NCBI GenBank assembly: GCA_964016885.1
Contig: OZ024760.1
Span: 124,001 to 188,000, forward strand
Length of the DNA stretch: 64,000 bases
Reading direction: 5' to 3'
Source: Eledone cirrhosa
Lineage: Eukaryota
Part shown: piece by piece, positions 24,351 through 37,134 of the stretch
Layout of the letters: each line of letters opens with the position of its first letter
How positions within the stretch are numbered: the stretch's first letter is position 1
Made by a program: the position numbers and the translations under genes
Notes under the pieces: model-generated
Database searches by the model: none
The model's input: only the letters and a program-made list of their open reading frames with translations
What the model was told of the DNA's origin: nothing

Positions 24351-24528
24351 CAGTGGTTCTCAACCTTTTTTTGCCAACGGCACACCTTGGAACACATAAA
24401 AAATAGCAGCACTCCTGGCTAAATATATATGAAAAATATTTGAATTTTACAAAATAAAAGTCATAGATGGCATACAACTGTAGACACAGACTAGGAAGAT
24501 CTTGCGGCACACTGGTTGAGTGTGACTG
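24351..24528. mobile_element. hAT (Charlie-like) MITE
   Basis: Ends CAGTGGTTCTCAACC ... GGTTGAGTGTGACTG. Confidence 0.6.
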
Positions 24529-24589
24529 CTACAACCAGGGGATGACACCAGCAGCCTCTGGCAGGTTTGATTCATGCGATCAGAAGAAA

Positions 24590-25460
24590 CACTCAGATAA
24601 AGAAAAAGACCTTCAATATCTGCATATACAACACATGTACTATCAATGATTTCAATACGAACTGTCATAAGACAATGCTTTATGAACTTGAGAAAGTAAA
24701 CTGGGATATTATCCGACTATCAGAGACTAATACAAAGAAAAACAAAATCAAGATACACCAAGATACCGGACACTATCTTTATTTGTTAAGCAATGAGACT
24801 TGTCACATAAATGGAGTTAACAAAAAGTGTGCATAATTAGTATACAACTATCAACCTATATCAGATAGACTAGCCATTCTGAGTTTGAAGGGTTAGTTTG
24901 GTAAACTTGTACTTATCCAGTGCTATTATCTTGCATCTACACATCCAGAAGAAGAAATCAATGAGTTGTTTGACAATATACATTATAAATGAAACACCAA
25001 AGAGAGATCAACTCTTTCTGATGGGTGACTTTAGCTGTAAAGTTGGGCAACTCAATCAATCATTCTCATCAAGTATTGGGAAATACATCACAGGTACATT
25101 TAGCTCAAGAGGTGAGCTTCTCGCCCAGTTTTGTACAAAGAACAATCTGCAAACTACCAACACAGTATTTCAAAAGAAAAACCTGGTCACTTGCATATCA
25201 CCAGACAGTATAACTAAGAATCAAATAGACTTTATAATAGCAAGAAAATCTTCAGCAAGACTAGCATATTAGCACTGACCATCATATGGTGCGCACAAGA
25301 TTTCGTATTAACTTCGTTTGGCCACAAAGAACTAAAATACCATCAAAAGTTTACTTAGACAAACTCTCATTGAATGAAACAGCAGACTGATTCAAACTTG
25401 ATTTGCAAAACCACTTTTCAGGTTTGCAATCTGATGAAGAATCCAACAACATTTATGATA
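24590..25460 (+). pseudogene. Decayed APE endonuclease of a second RTE/BovB-like LINE
   Basis: WDIIRLSET, ISDRL, LMGDFSCKVG, TNTVFQK, NQIDFII, TDH motifs spread across shifted frames. Confidence 0.85.
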
Positions 25461-25468
25461 CTATATAC

Positions 25469-25572
25469 ACAGGGTGTCTCAAAAAATTTATACGCACTTC
25501 AACAGCATTCTAATAAATATTTCCTGTACAGGTAATCGAAGTGTGTATGTATTTTTTGGGAACACCCTTTAT
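25469..25572. mobile_element. ~100-bp Tc1/mariner-like MITE (copies 26389-26468 and 60253-60358)
   Basis: CAGGGTGTC.CAAAAAA-type TIRs in a TA context; shared interior TATTAGAATGCTGTT. Confidence 0.65.
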
Positions 25573-26321
25573 ATATATATATATATATATATTATCATCA
25601 TCGTCATCATCATTTTATGTCTGCCTTTCCTTGCTTGCAAGGGTAGGATGGGTCCCCTTCAGCACAGCATATCTCCATTCGTCACGGTCATTTGTCATCT
25701 CCTCTGTGAGCTTCAGGGATATATATATATATATAAATACGTTTATCCTGGGTTCAATCAGGTTTAACCACAGGAAGCTACCTGATGATTTCTCCCGCAT
25801 GAAACAGTTCTAGTTCTGTAGAAGCCATTTTTATATTAAATATATATATATATTGTTATACTTGGGGAGGGTCATATTGTTATAATATTGCCAGAAATAA
25901 TAACAGAACACACTCACTGTTTGGTTTGGTTGGTTTTCGTTTCTGTATCTTTATATATATATATATTGATGTATATTATATATACAAATAATGATGTATA
26001 CGTGTATGTATATATCATCATTTTCCCTATTAGCAAAGGTTAAACAGACTGTCACAGACCAAATCAGTACTTAATTAGTGCTATAAGAATTCTCAGATGG
26101 ACAGAAGCCTATATCTCATTTACATACATTCTAAGGCCTCCACGTTTTCATGTCTTTGACACAACGGAAGAGTTCTCTCAAGCCTTTGTTTGGCAGCATT
26201 CTATGGCTGGATGCCCTTCCTATCACAAACCACTCTACAGAAGGTACTGGGAGCATTTTATCCTGTCTCCAACACTAGAGAGTTTGCCGTGCAACTGACA
26301 CAAGTGAAGAGTCCTCCCATG

Positions 26322-26393
<72 letters not shown>

Positions 26394-26484
26394 TGTCCTA
26401 AAAAAATGTATATACACTTTTATTAGAATGCTGTTGATGTTTGTATACATTTTTTTGGACACTTTGTATATGATTGTGAGTAAG

Positions 26485-27606
26485 CAGAGATTGTTACAGT
26501 GTTGCTACTGCCTCCCCGCCGGACCTTTACAACACCACCTAAGGTGGGGGTAGAGATGATACAATAGTATATTAAATATCAAATGATACATATTATAAGT
26601 ATAGTAAAATAAAAAATATATATTTATTTATACATAGTTGCTGAGATGCTGAAAGCCTCCGGTACGGTGGGACACACCATGGTCACCCGGATAGTAAACC
26701 AAGTCATACAGAATGGGGTTGTTCCGAAGGACTGGCGTAGCAGCATCATCGTTAACTGTTACAAGGGTAAAGGAGACGCCCTAGATAGGAGTAACTATAG
26801 AGGCATTAAATTAATCGACCAGGTCATGAAGGTAGGCAGACCCAGGAAAACCTGGGACGAGCTGATAAATTCCGACCTCACACACTTACACCTCTTCAAG
26901 ACAATGTCACTGGACCGAGACCTTTGGCAGTACTCAGTAACAGAGAAGACCCGCCTCACCTAAATACAAAGTAAAACCTACTAGTCAGTAGGCATCTCTA
27001 ACAAAATACACCCCCGTCCCACCCCATCCACACCGCCCCCTTCAATGCAAAGTTATGTTGGTGCCACAACATCCAGGCCGAAACAAACGAGATCGTGTAG
27101 GTGTCACGACAAAAAAACACACAGTCCACGCTGTAATGTGACCGTGTAGGCAACACGGTAAAAACCTCCCAGTCCCTCACTGTAAATGTGGTTGGTGTTA
27201 GGAAGGGGATCCAGCTGTAAGAAAACCCGCCAGACAGTCCTATGCGAGCAAGAGAACCACTCTTGCCTCAAGTGGGAAAACCCCCATCCAAACCCATGCA
27301 AGCGTGGAACAGGGACGTTAAACGATGATGATGATATTATATTATTTATTATATATAAATTAATGATACATCCCTTTATGATCTGAGTTCAAATCCCACC
27401 GAGGTTAACTTTGCCTTTCATCCTTACGGGGTCGATAAAATAAAGCACCAGTAATGTACTGGGGGTAATTGCTGGCCTTGTGCCCAAAGTAGAAATAATT
27501 ATTTACAATTTACTTGTAGTCAGGTGTCTCTGGAAATAGGGTTGGGGGAGGTTATGGCATTATGTGGCCTTGAGGGGGCAGTGGTTCAAAAGTTTGAGAC
27601 CTTCTG
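26485..27606. mobile_element. hAT MITE split by an RTE derivative and a SINE
   Basis: The pieces match the intact copy at 45481-45831. Confidence 0.6.
26638..27335 (+). mobile_element. 5'-truncated, internally deleted RTE copy
   Basis: AEMLKASG...NYRGIKLIDQVMKV fused in frame to GRPRKTWDELI, followed by 3' UTR and (GAT)n. Confidence 0.88.
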
Positions 27607-27968
27607 GTGTATGAGCATGCATATGTGTGTGTGTGTATGTGTGTGTTAGCATGCATATGCATGTATGTGTGTGTGTGTATGTGTGTGTTAGCATGCATAT
27701 GCATGTATGTGTGTGTGTGTGCAATTAACTGTCAGTGTTAAAATCAATACTTGTTGAACCCACGGTTGCATATACACAGCTAGCGAAAGAGAGAGAGTGT
27801 GTGTATATGAGTGTGTGTGTGTGTATGAGTGTGTGTATATGAGTGTGTGTGTGTGTATGAGTGAGTGTGTGTGTGTGTGTTTGTATGAGTGTGTGTGAAT
27901 GTGTGTGAGTGTGTGTATGTGTGTGTCTGTATGAGTGTGTGTGTGTGCGTGTGCGTGCGTGCATATGA

Positions 27969-28004
<36 letters not shown>

Positions 28005-28096
28005 TATGTGTATGTATATATAAATATATATATATAATGTATATATGTCTATATATATATATATATGTATGTATGTATGTATATATGATATGTTAT

Positions 28097-28704
28097 GTCA
28101 GGTCACCAGTTGTTGCTACTGGTAACATGTATCCCAGTACAACCTGTCTCATGGTCGGGTCGTTGGCGACTAAACTGGCAACCCCACCAAGGTTTCTTGG
28201 TGAGGAGGGTGACTTTGGACATCCTGCAGGACTAAAAACAAAACCTGTCAAAGGGCAAAGGAGCTCTTAAGAGTCAATGGCCATCCAAAATCACTGGGAG
28301 AGATGACCCCTTAGCCTTTGTCAAGGCAGAATTCTAGGAGAAGGAAAACTCTGATATAACACCTGCAACCCTGATGGTATCCAATGATGTTGACTTGTTC
28401 TTCTTTTTGGTAAATATCATCTTGGTTAAGAGAGTGGGACTGGCTTTGTGCAGTGCCTTTGCTCACTATAAAAGCTTCACGGCACAGGCATTGCTTTATA
28501 TCTGGAGATCTCTCTACACTTGTCGTCACATGGTACCAAAGGCAAAGCACTATGTGTCAATAATTGTCACAAGTGTAGTGTTTGGACCAGAGTTTTCAAG
28601 TCGCTGGCTGGACTAAAAAGTCACACTCGTTCAGCGCATCGGTAGGGGTTCTCCTACATGGATATAAAGTAGTGGCCGTACTCGAAAACGAGTTGGCAGC
28701 CACC
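28097..28704 (+). mobile_element. ~610-bp retroposon, second full copy (also 36480-36856 minus partial, 33006-33491 diverged, ~23960-24110 fragment)
   Basis: Colinear with 3955-4562. Confidence 0.85.
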
Positions 28705-28779
28705 ATATATATATGTATGTATGTATGTATGTATATATATATGTATGTATATATATATATATGTATGTATATGCATGTA

Positions 28780-29032
28780 TCATCATCATCACCGTTTTAC
28801 GTCCGTTCTTCCACGCTAGCATGGGTTAGACAAATTGTCCTGTTGTGGGCAGTGTCTGGTTGGCTGACCATGCCTTGCTCATACAGGAACGGATTTGGCT
28901 TGATTTCTACAGCTGGATGCCCTTCCTAACACCAATCTCATTTACAGTGAGTGCTGGGTGCTTTTTCGTGGCGCCTACACGTCCACTTTACAGTGTGGGC
29001 TGGGTGCTTTTTTGCTGTGGCACCTCCACAAC
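28780..29032 (-). mobile_element. 3' UTR fragment of the 13648-type RTE (related tails ~7755-8070, 12050-12250, 17965-18340, 55500-55680)
   Basis: Reverse complement of ~16720-16925. Confidence 0.8.
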
Positions 29033-29067
29033 CATATGTATGTATATATAAATATATATATGTATAT

Positions 29068-29101
<34 letters not shown>

Positions 29102-29999
29102 GTAGATGTATATATGTATGTATGTATATATATGTATGTATGTAGATGTATATATATATATATATATATGTGTATATCATCATCATGTCTGCTTTTCCAT
29201 GCTTGCATAGGTTGGCCGGGGTCCTTCTCAACATATATGTGTATATACGTGTGTGTGTGTGTGTGTTTGTGTGTGTTGTGGTGTTGTGTATATGAGTATT
29301 TGTAAGTAATTTTTCTTTTTCCTTTCGCACCCTTCCTAACACACCAGCCTGACCACTGGAAGCCCAAGCTATAACATTACATTACCAAACCACCTCAACC
29401 TGACCTGACACTATAGGTTGTGTTTGGGAGATAGAAGTTATAAAGAAAGGCGGATAGGGGAGGGATATAGAGTGCTGTGATCAGGCATAAGGTGTTCATA
29501 AGGTATGTTCATAAGGTATGTAAGCTATTCAGTTTAAACCAGCCTGCTATGAGCAATATGATACAAATGTTGGTACACACAACACACAAAACACACTTTT
29601 TCTCATTCTCTTCTAAATATAGACACATGCACCTATATATGTGTCTGTGTATATATATATATCATCATCATCATCATTTCATTTTACGTCCGCTTTCTCT
29701 GCTTGCAAGGGTGGGACGGGAACTGATTCTGGCTTGATTTCTACAGCTGGATGCCCTTCCTAACACCAACCCCATTTACAGTGAGTGGTGGGTGCTTTTT
29801 TGCCGTGGCACCTCCATGACCACTTTACAGTGGAATGATAGGGAACCCAGTCCCTATCATCTCATTTCTACAGCTGAGTAAACTGGAGCAATGTGAAATA
29901 AAGGGTCTTGCTCAAGGAAAGAACACATCACCTGGTCCGAGAATTGAACTCACAACCTTTTGATTGCAAGGCCAATGCTCCAACTACTAAGCCATGTGC

Positions 30000-30036
<37 letters not shown>

Positions 30037-30056
30037 TCTCGCTCTCTCTCTCTCTA

Positions 30057-30101
<45 letters not shown>

Positions 30102-30121
30102 ATATATATATATATATATAT

Positions 30122-30357
30122 ATAAATCAGGAAAGAAGGTTGACATGGTTTGCTATACAAAAAAGGTTTTTCATCTCATAGCATCTCATATATATATTAA
30201 TCTCATAGCTGACAATTGTTTCTCTGAACTGGTAGGTCTAGACCTACCAGTTCAGAGAAACAATTGTCAGCTATGAGATTAATATATATATGAGATGCTA
30301 TGAGATGAAAAACCTTTTTTGTATAGCAAACCATGTCAACCTTCTTTCCTGATTTAT
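30122..30357. repeat. 236-bp perfect spacer-less palindrome (inverted pLTR fragment)
   Basis: Axis GGTCT|AGACC at 30239/30240; the ORF track gives identical peptides on both strands. Confidence 0.95.
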
Positions 30358-30525
30358 TATTACTCCAAGTGTTTACAACATAGGAATTACAGCATACCCG
30401 CAGCATCACTATGAAAACGCCTTGTTGAGTCAAACCAAGCCAAGCGTTAATATCATCCACTACCTGGAATACCATAACTGGACTTTACCTAAGTGGACTG
30501 CATTTAACTATTATTTGTTACCCCG

Positions 30526-30591
<66 letters not shown>

Positions 30592-31137
30592 ATTCTTCTT
30601 TCTTCTCATGTTTTTTATATATATTTACCTCGGCTGCGTTTGTCTGGTTCTCTCTTACTGCTTCCCCACTCTCTCTGTTTCTCTCACCTTCTTTCGCCCC
30701 CTCTGTCAGTTACACTTTCTCTCGACTGACCTCTTCCTCACACTTCCACTCACCCACTCTCTGTTTCTCCCCTTCTCACTTCCTCCCGTTTGGCTTGTGT
30801 GGGTCTCTTCTTGCTCACATCTTACACACATCAACACGGTCTGTACCTCTCTCGCTCATGAAATCCACCCAGCTTATGCTGACCGGACAACCATGTTGCT
30901 TGTTTATTTTCCTATCTTCGGTTTGCTTTTATCCTTCTATGTTGTTTACTTGTCCCCCTCGCTTTACGCGAATTCTGGTCCCAATAACTCTTTTTAGTTA
31001 TTGCTCGCACCAACCTGAGGTATCTTATTTTTAATGCGATGAAATACCAATGATGGTTGGAAAATCACTGACGAAGGACTATTTTTATCATATGTAACCC
31101 ATGTGCAAACCACGCAGTATTCTTCTTTCTTCTCATG

Positions 31138-31143
<6 letters not shown>
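30592..31143 (+). mobile_element. pLTR-like element in (TA)n with ~28-bp terminal direct repeats and a decayed HHR
   Basis: ATTCTTCTTTCTTCTCATGTTTTT at both ends; CTGACGA-AGGAC at 31068. Confidence 0.5.
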
Positions 31144-31175
<32 letters not shown>

Positions 31176-31217
31176 GAAAGAAGAGTGACATGGTTTGCTA
31201 TACAAAAAAGGTTTTTA

Positions 31218-31340
31218 ATCTCATTGCTGACAATTGTTTCTCTGAACTGGTAGGTCTAGAGGTCGCTATCAACTTATTTTCACTTTACTCGATCGCCAAT
31301 ACAAAATTATAACCAGTCATTTCATCGGAGCTTGCGAGAA
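31218..31340 (-). ncRNA. Variant type-I hammerhead-like motif (CCGAUGA core, 81-nt stem II)
   Basis: tctcgcaagct-CCGATGA-aatgactggt...accagttcaga-GAAA-caattg-TC-agcaatgaga. Confidence 0.55.
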
Positions 31341-31405
31341 TGAAGAGAATATACATATATATATATATATATATAAAGCAAGCCTAATAGATATATAGAG
31401 AGATA

Positions 31406-31470
<65 letters not shown>

Positions 31471-31520
31471 AGCCTAGTAGATAGATGGAGGTATAGTCAT
31501 ATATAGATATATATATGTAT

Positions 31521-31564
<44 letters not shown>

Positions 31565-31770
31565 AAATAGGGGCACACAGGACAAATATATATTTAGAGC
31601 GAGAGAGAAATACATGTTTGTGTGTATATATATATATATTAGAAAGTGAGGTTTTTTTTACAAAATGAAAAATAACCGAGGTGTCCTACACGAGTAAAAG
31701 TATAAAGAAAAAAAGATGAAATCGTAAATGCAACTGGGGTCTTATTTAAAAAAAAAATATATATTTATTT

Positions 31771-32106
31771 ATGCTCTGTTGGATGTGCAGTGTAAATGTG
31801 CATGAATGACCCAGCATAAATGTGTAGTGTACGGGAGAGGAGATTGAAGTGGTATGGACATGTGATGCGCATGGAGGATGACCGATGGGTGAAGAAGTGC
31901 CAGGAAATGCCAGTTGAAGGAAGACGTGGTAGAGGTAGACCACGAAAAACATAGGCGGAGGTGGTGGGAACAGAACTCAGATCATTGAAGCTCACGGTGG
32001 AGATGACTAAGGACCGTGACGAGTGGAGAGATGCTGTGCTGAATAAGACCCGTCCCACCCTTGCAAGCAGGGAAAAGCGGACGTAAAATGATGATGATGA
32101 TGATGA
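31771..32106 (+). mobile_element. 3' fragment of a related RTE subfamily (tails also 25592-25715 minus and 37180-37257)
   Basis: RLKWYGHVMRM...GRGRPRKT...DRDEWR, then CCCACCCTTGCAAGCAGGGAAAAGCGGACGTAAAA(TGA)n. Confidence 0.88.
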
Positions 32107-33499
32107 TTTGGTTCCTTTACCGGTTTCGCAGTTCTTCTGCTTTTCAAAAGTAGAGTTGAGATGGAGGGTCTGTGGTTTTTCTCACATCTCTCTCTCTATA
32201 TATATACATATATATACCTCTGATCTATATTATAAAGGTAGATTGGCAGTATTGGTAGAGTGTTAGACAACATCCTTGGTGTCATAGAGTTTGATTCTGA
32301 ATTCAAATCCCATTGATGTTAGCTTTGCCTTTCATCCTTCCGGTGTCAATAAAATGAGTTACCAGTCAAGTACTGGGGTTGATATAATCAACTCCCCCCC
32401 CCCACAAATTGCAGGGTCAATAAAACAAAGTACCAGTAACACACTGGGGTTGATTTAACCTGTTTACTGCCATGTATATTTTACACAGCTAGAGTTGCTG
32501 TGCTGGGTTTTTTTTCTCAGTAAAAATGACTATTTTTTAAAACAAACATTTATTAACAACACATATCTGAATGATTGACAAACGTCACATCAATAGACTA
32601 GTAACTCCACCTAGCTTTGAAGCCATGAACTGTTGGAAATGAGTTCATAACTTTGAAGTTATGAACTTTTGGATAGGAATTCAAACATGTTAGGACAAGT
32701 TATCTCGGCTATGGCACTGAAGAGGTTAATCAACTTGCCTCTCTTTCTCCCCCTCTCTAAAATTGCAGGCCTTGTGCCTAAATCAGAAACCATTATCTAT
32801 ACAAAAAGAAACACTGTCCCCTGGGCATTTTTCTCCTAATCTTTGATTATGCAGTTTATATTAATATCTTGTTTGTGTTTGTTTGTGTCTTGATATATGT
32901 AGGATGACATTGGCTGTTGTGTCCCTTCCTTTGTATGTATGTGTGTATGTGTGTATGTGTGTATGTGTGTATGTGTGTATGTGTGTATGTATGTATGTAT
33001 GTTATGTCAGGTCGCTCTCGAGAGCTACTGGTAACATGTAATCCAGTACAACCTGTTTCATGGTTGGGTTGTCGGCGATTAAACCAGCAACCCCACCAAG
33101 CTTGCTTGAGGAGGAGGAGGTGATATTTGGAGACCCTGCGGGATGAAATACAAGACCTGGCAAAGGACGGAGGAATTCAACAGTCAATGGCCATCCAGAT
33201 AGTACTTTTATTTTATTTTTTTCACCTGGGAGTGAAAGCCCCTAGTTGTCACAACACCTTTCTAGGTGAGGGATACTCTGAAAAAGTTCTCTTTTTTGGG
33301 TAGTGTTTTCAATGCTCAGAGTGGGATTGGTCAAGTGCAAGGCCACCCCCCACTTAAAAAACATTCAAAGCACAGGCATTGTTTGTTCAGGATATGTTAC
33401 AGGTTTGTGTGACTGGCCGTAGCCTAAAAATGCACCAAACTCTATAATCTGACAAGCGATTGCAGTACTCTTAGCAGAGTTTTCAGCCACCATGTATGT

Positions 33500-34135
33500 A
33501 CAAGCTGTGAATGTATGAAAAGCCAACTGTATGTAGTTCTATCCCTCCAATACTAGGTGTGCAAAAAAAATCTGCAAATCAATTTCTGGTCTTAAAAGGC
33601 ATATGAGGGTACATAAGGATGACATCCCACAAACTGACCCAATCATTCCAGTAGAGGGCACATCTTTTGTCTGTCACATTTGCTGCAGACCATGCAAATC
33701 TAAAGCTGGACTTAAAAACTACCTAAGAGGCCATGAACGGATGTTTGGCGTTGTGACGGTTGATGGCGGTGCATAGGGAGATGGCAATCATCTGCAAAGA
33801 TGATTGCCATCACCATGTATGTAATGAATGTATGTATATATGTATGTTATTGATTTGAAGTGCCCTGAGTTTTGAAAAATTTGCTTGAGAAAATCTAGTC
33901 TCAGGAGTCACAGTCACAGCCATGTTCAAAGAGAACCAGTGAACTATGATCTCCACGGTATTGTGAAGGTTCACAGGCAACCTGATGCAAGACCTGAGGC
34001 CAGGGAGATCCATAGTTGTCATCAGTGTGCGAAGGAGTGCAAGTCTCTAGCAGGTTTGAAAAGTCATATCCGAGTGTCACACATCTGAATCTGATAAGTG
34101 ATTGTAATACTCTTAGCAGAGTTTGCAGCCATCAT
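33500..34135 (+). mobile_element. Two 3' fragments of LINEs with C-terminal C2H2 zinc fingers (RTE-like), each with an (ATGT)n tail
   Basis: CHICCRPCKSKAGLKNYLRGH and [22 protein letters not shown]. Confidence 0.7.
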
Positions 34136-35409
34136 GTATGTTATGTATGTATAGACTCATAACTCCTGATGGAGTCACAGGTGTGCCTTCATGATGTACG
34201 GAGTGTCTTGGGCTTTAAATCTGGTGGAGCGCATCCCTTGTCACGTCTGAACATAACTGATTTCTTACAGAGAAGGAGAGAGTGAGAGAAAGATATAAAG
34301 AAAAAAAAACCAACTCCAGTACTGGACTAATACTTATTTTCATCGACTTTAACCCTTTAGCATTTAAACTGGCCAGGATTCTCTCACCTCTGTCTATTCA
34401 AACCAGCCCTAACTGGCCACTCATACCAATGTATTGTTCTCAAAATAAATAACATTAAAATCTCATAGATTGTCAGTTTTCATCTTTGTGTGATGCTCGA
34501 AGGAATCAACCAACCAACATCTCTCTTTTATATTATGTATAGATAATTATTCAGGTTAATTACTACAACAGTACCATACCAAGAATGGCACTGTTGTAGT
34601 AGTAATTGATCTGAATAATTATATTCAAATTTATGCTATGGACTTGAGTTACTCTACACCTTGGATTTTTACTTACCTATTACTTTTCAAAATAAATAAT
34701 ATCAAAATCTCGTAGATTCAATATTATGTGCGATAATTATGTGACGTAAAGTGTTTACCATGAAAATATAATTGTTTCTTCTTTTGGCACAAGGCCAGCA
34801 ATTATCCCAGTGCATTACTTGTGACGGCTCATGGCTTAGTGGTTAGAGCATTGTGCTTGCAATCAAAAGGTTGTGAGTTCAATTCTCGGACTGGGTGATG
34901 TGTTGTTTCCTTGAGCAAGACACTTTATTTCACGTTGCTCCAGTTTACTCAGCTGTAGAAATGAGATGATAGGACTGGGGGGAGGGGGGTCCCTATCATT
35001 AAAACACCCAAGAAACCTCCAATGAGATACAACCTTGGAGGAGGCCAGCTAAACCTACATAGGTGTGAGCTGTAACAACAACAACAACAAAATTACTAGT
35101 GCTTTATTTAACCATGAAAATATAATAGTAAATTTAGAGTAAGGTAAATGCTAAAGGGTTAAAGATGAAAATGGAATTGAGAAAAAGGTGTGACTGCAGT
35201 GAATGGGAGTTAGAGAATGTGAGAGTAAATTTTGTGTGGTAGATGGTGTGCAACATGAATAATAAAAAAACAACATTGCTAATGTGGTTTAATGTAGCAC
35301 ATTAGCAAAACATTAGCAAGACATTCTTGAAGGGTTTAAAACAACACTATGACTGCATCACATAAAAGATTTAAATCTTTGATATAGTCTGTAAATTTTA
35401 TTTTATTTT

Positions 35410-35456
<47 letters not shown>

Positions 35457-35750
35457 TCACTTACAATCGAGTATGATTTGGTAGTATTTACCATGCTTTC
35501 AGTAAGGGTTTTAGGTGGCCTTGCAGTTGCAAGTAGACGAAAACACCCTCTTGACCCTCGTTCCCTTGATGCAGTGTAACATTCAGGATGTGATATAATA
35601 TGATATGATAGACCTGTAACTCCAGCTGGAATCATAGGGGTGCCATATTGACTTACGGCATTTCTTGGACAATAGTAGCAGTAACGGTAGTAGAGATAAA
35701 ATTAAAATGAAATGCTGCAGAAACTTTTAATATATATATACATTTATATA

Positions 35751-35782
<32 letters not shown>

Positions 35783-35787
<5 letters not shown>

Positions 35788-35998
35788 ATATTAATAAATG
35801 GAAACTATATTTATAAAACCATAATTATTTTATTATATATATTTCAAGAGCAACCAAGGTAAATTATGGTGCACTTTCATCAGATAAAATACAGTTTTGT
35901 TTTATAAATAAATATTGACAAATCTGTTGAGTGCTTTATATCAGTTATAAAAATGTTTAAGCTTGTTGAATCCCAACAAATTAAATATAACCTCTGCA
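35783..35998 (-). mobile_element. ~215-nt ORF-less HHR-carrying mini-element in (TA)n
   Basis: Homologous to both extremities of the PLE at 47681-52750. Confidence 0.75.
35826..35891 (-). ncRNA. Type-I minimal hammerhead ribozyme
   Basis: tattttat-CTGATGA-aagtgcacc..ggttgctctt-GAAA-tatata-TA-ataaaata; 8-bp perfect stem I and palindromic loop III. Confidence 0.8.
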
Positions 35999-36228
35999 TA
36001 TATATATAGTATTAATAATAAATGTGAAAACTAAAATCCAAAGAGGGCTCGATAAGGATAAATATATATCAAATATATAAGAAACCTAGAGCAAATATTT
36101 ATTAAAATAACAGATTAAAGTTTAAGCAAAGAATCGCTGCTTTCACCCTTAACGGGATCTTCTGGAACTGAGTTAAACTTTAATCTGTTATTTTATCAAA
36201 TATATATATATATAGATAGATATCTATC

Positions 36229-36350
<122 letters not shown>

Positions 36351-36405
36351 GATATATATATACGTATATATCTATATATATACACACACACATATATACA
36401 CATAC

Positions 36406-36461
<56 letters not shown>

Positions 36462-36855
36462 GCATATATATATATATATGGTGGCTGCCAACTCGTTTTC
36501 GAGTACGGCCACTACTTTATATCCATGTAGGAGAACCCCTACCGATGCGCTGAACGAGTGTGACTTTTTAGTCCAGCCAGCGACTTGAAAACTCTGGTAC
36601 AAACACTACACTTGTGACAATTACTGACACATAGTGCTGGGCCCATGGTACCATGTGACGACAAGTGCAGAGAGATCTCCAGATACAAAGCAATGCCTGT
36701 GCCGTGAAGCTTTTATAGTGAGCAAAGGCACTGCACAAAGCCAGTCCCACTCTCTTAACCAAGATGATATTTACCAAAAAGAAGAACAAGTCAACATCAT
36801 TGGATACCATCAGGGTTGCAGGTGTTATATCAGAGTTTTCCTTCTCCTAGAATTC

Positions 36856-36887
<32 letters not shown>

Positions 36888-36967
36888 AATATATATATAT
36901 ATAGATAGATAGATATCTATATGCATATGTGTGTGTATATATATATATATAGTAAAATATATATATG

Positions 36968-36999
<32 letters not shown>

Positions 37000-37034
37000 T
37001 ACATATATATATACATATATACATATATATATAT

Positions 37035-37134
<100 letters not shown>

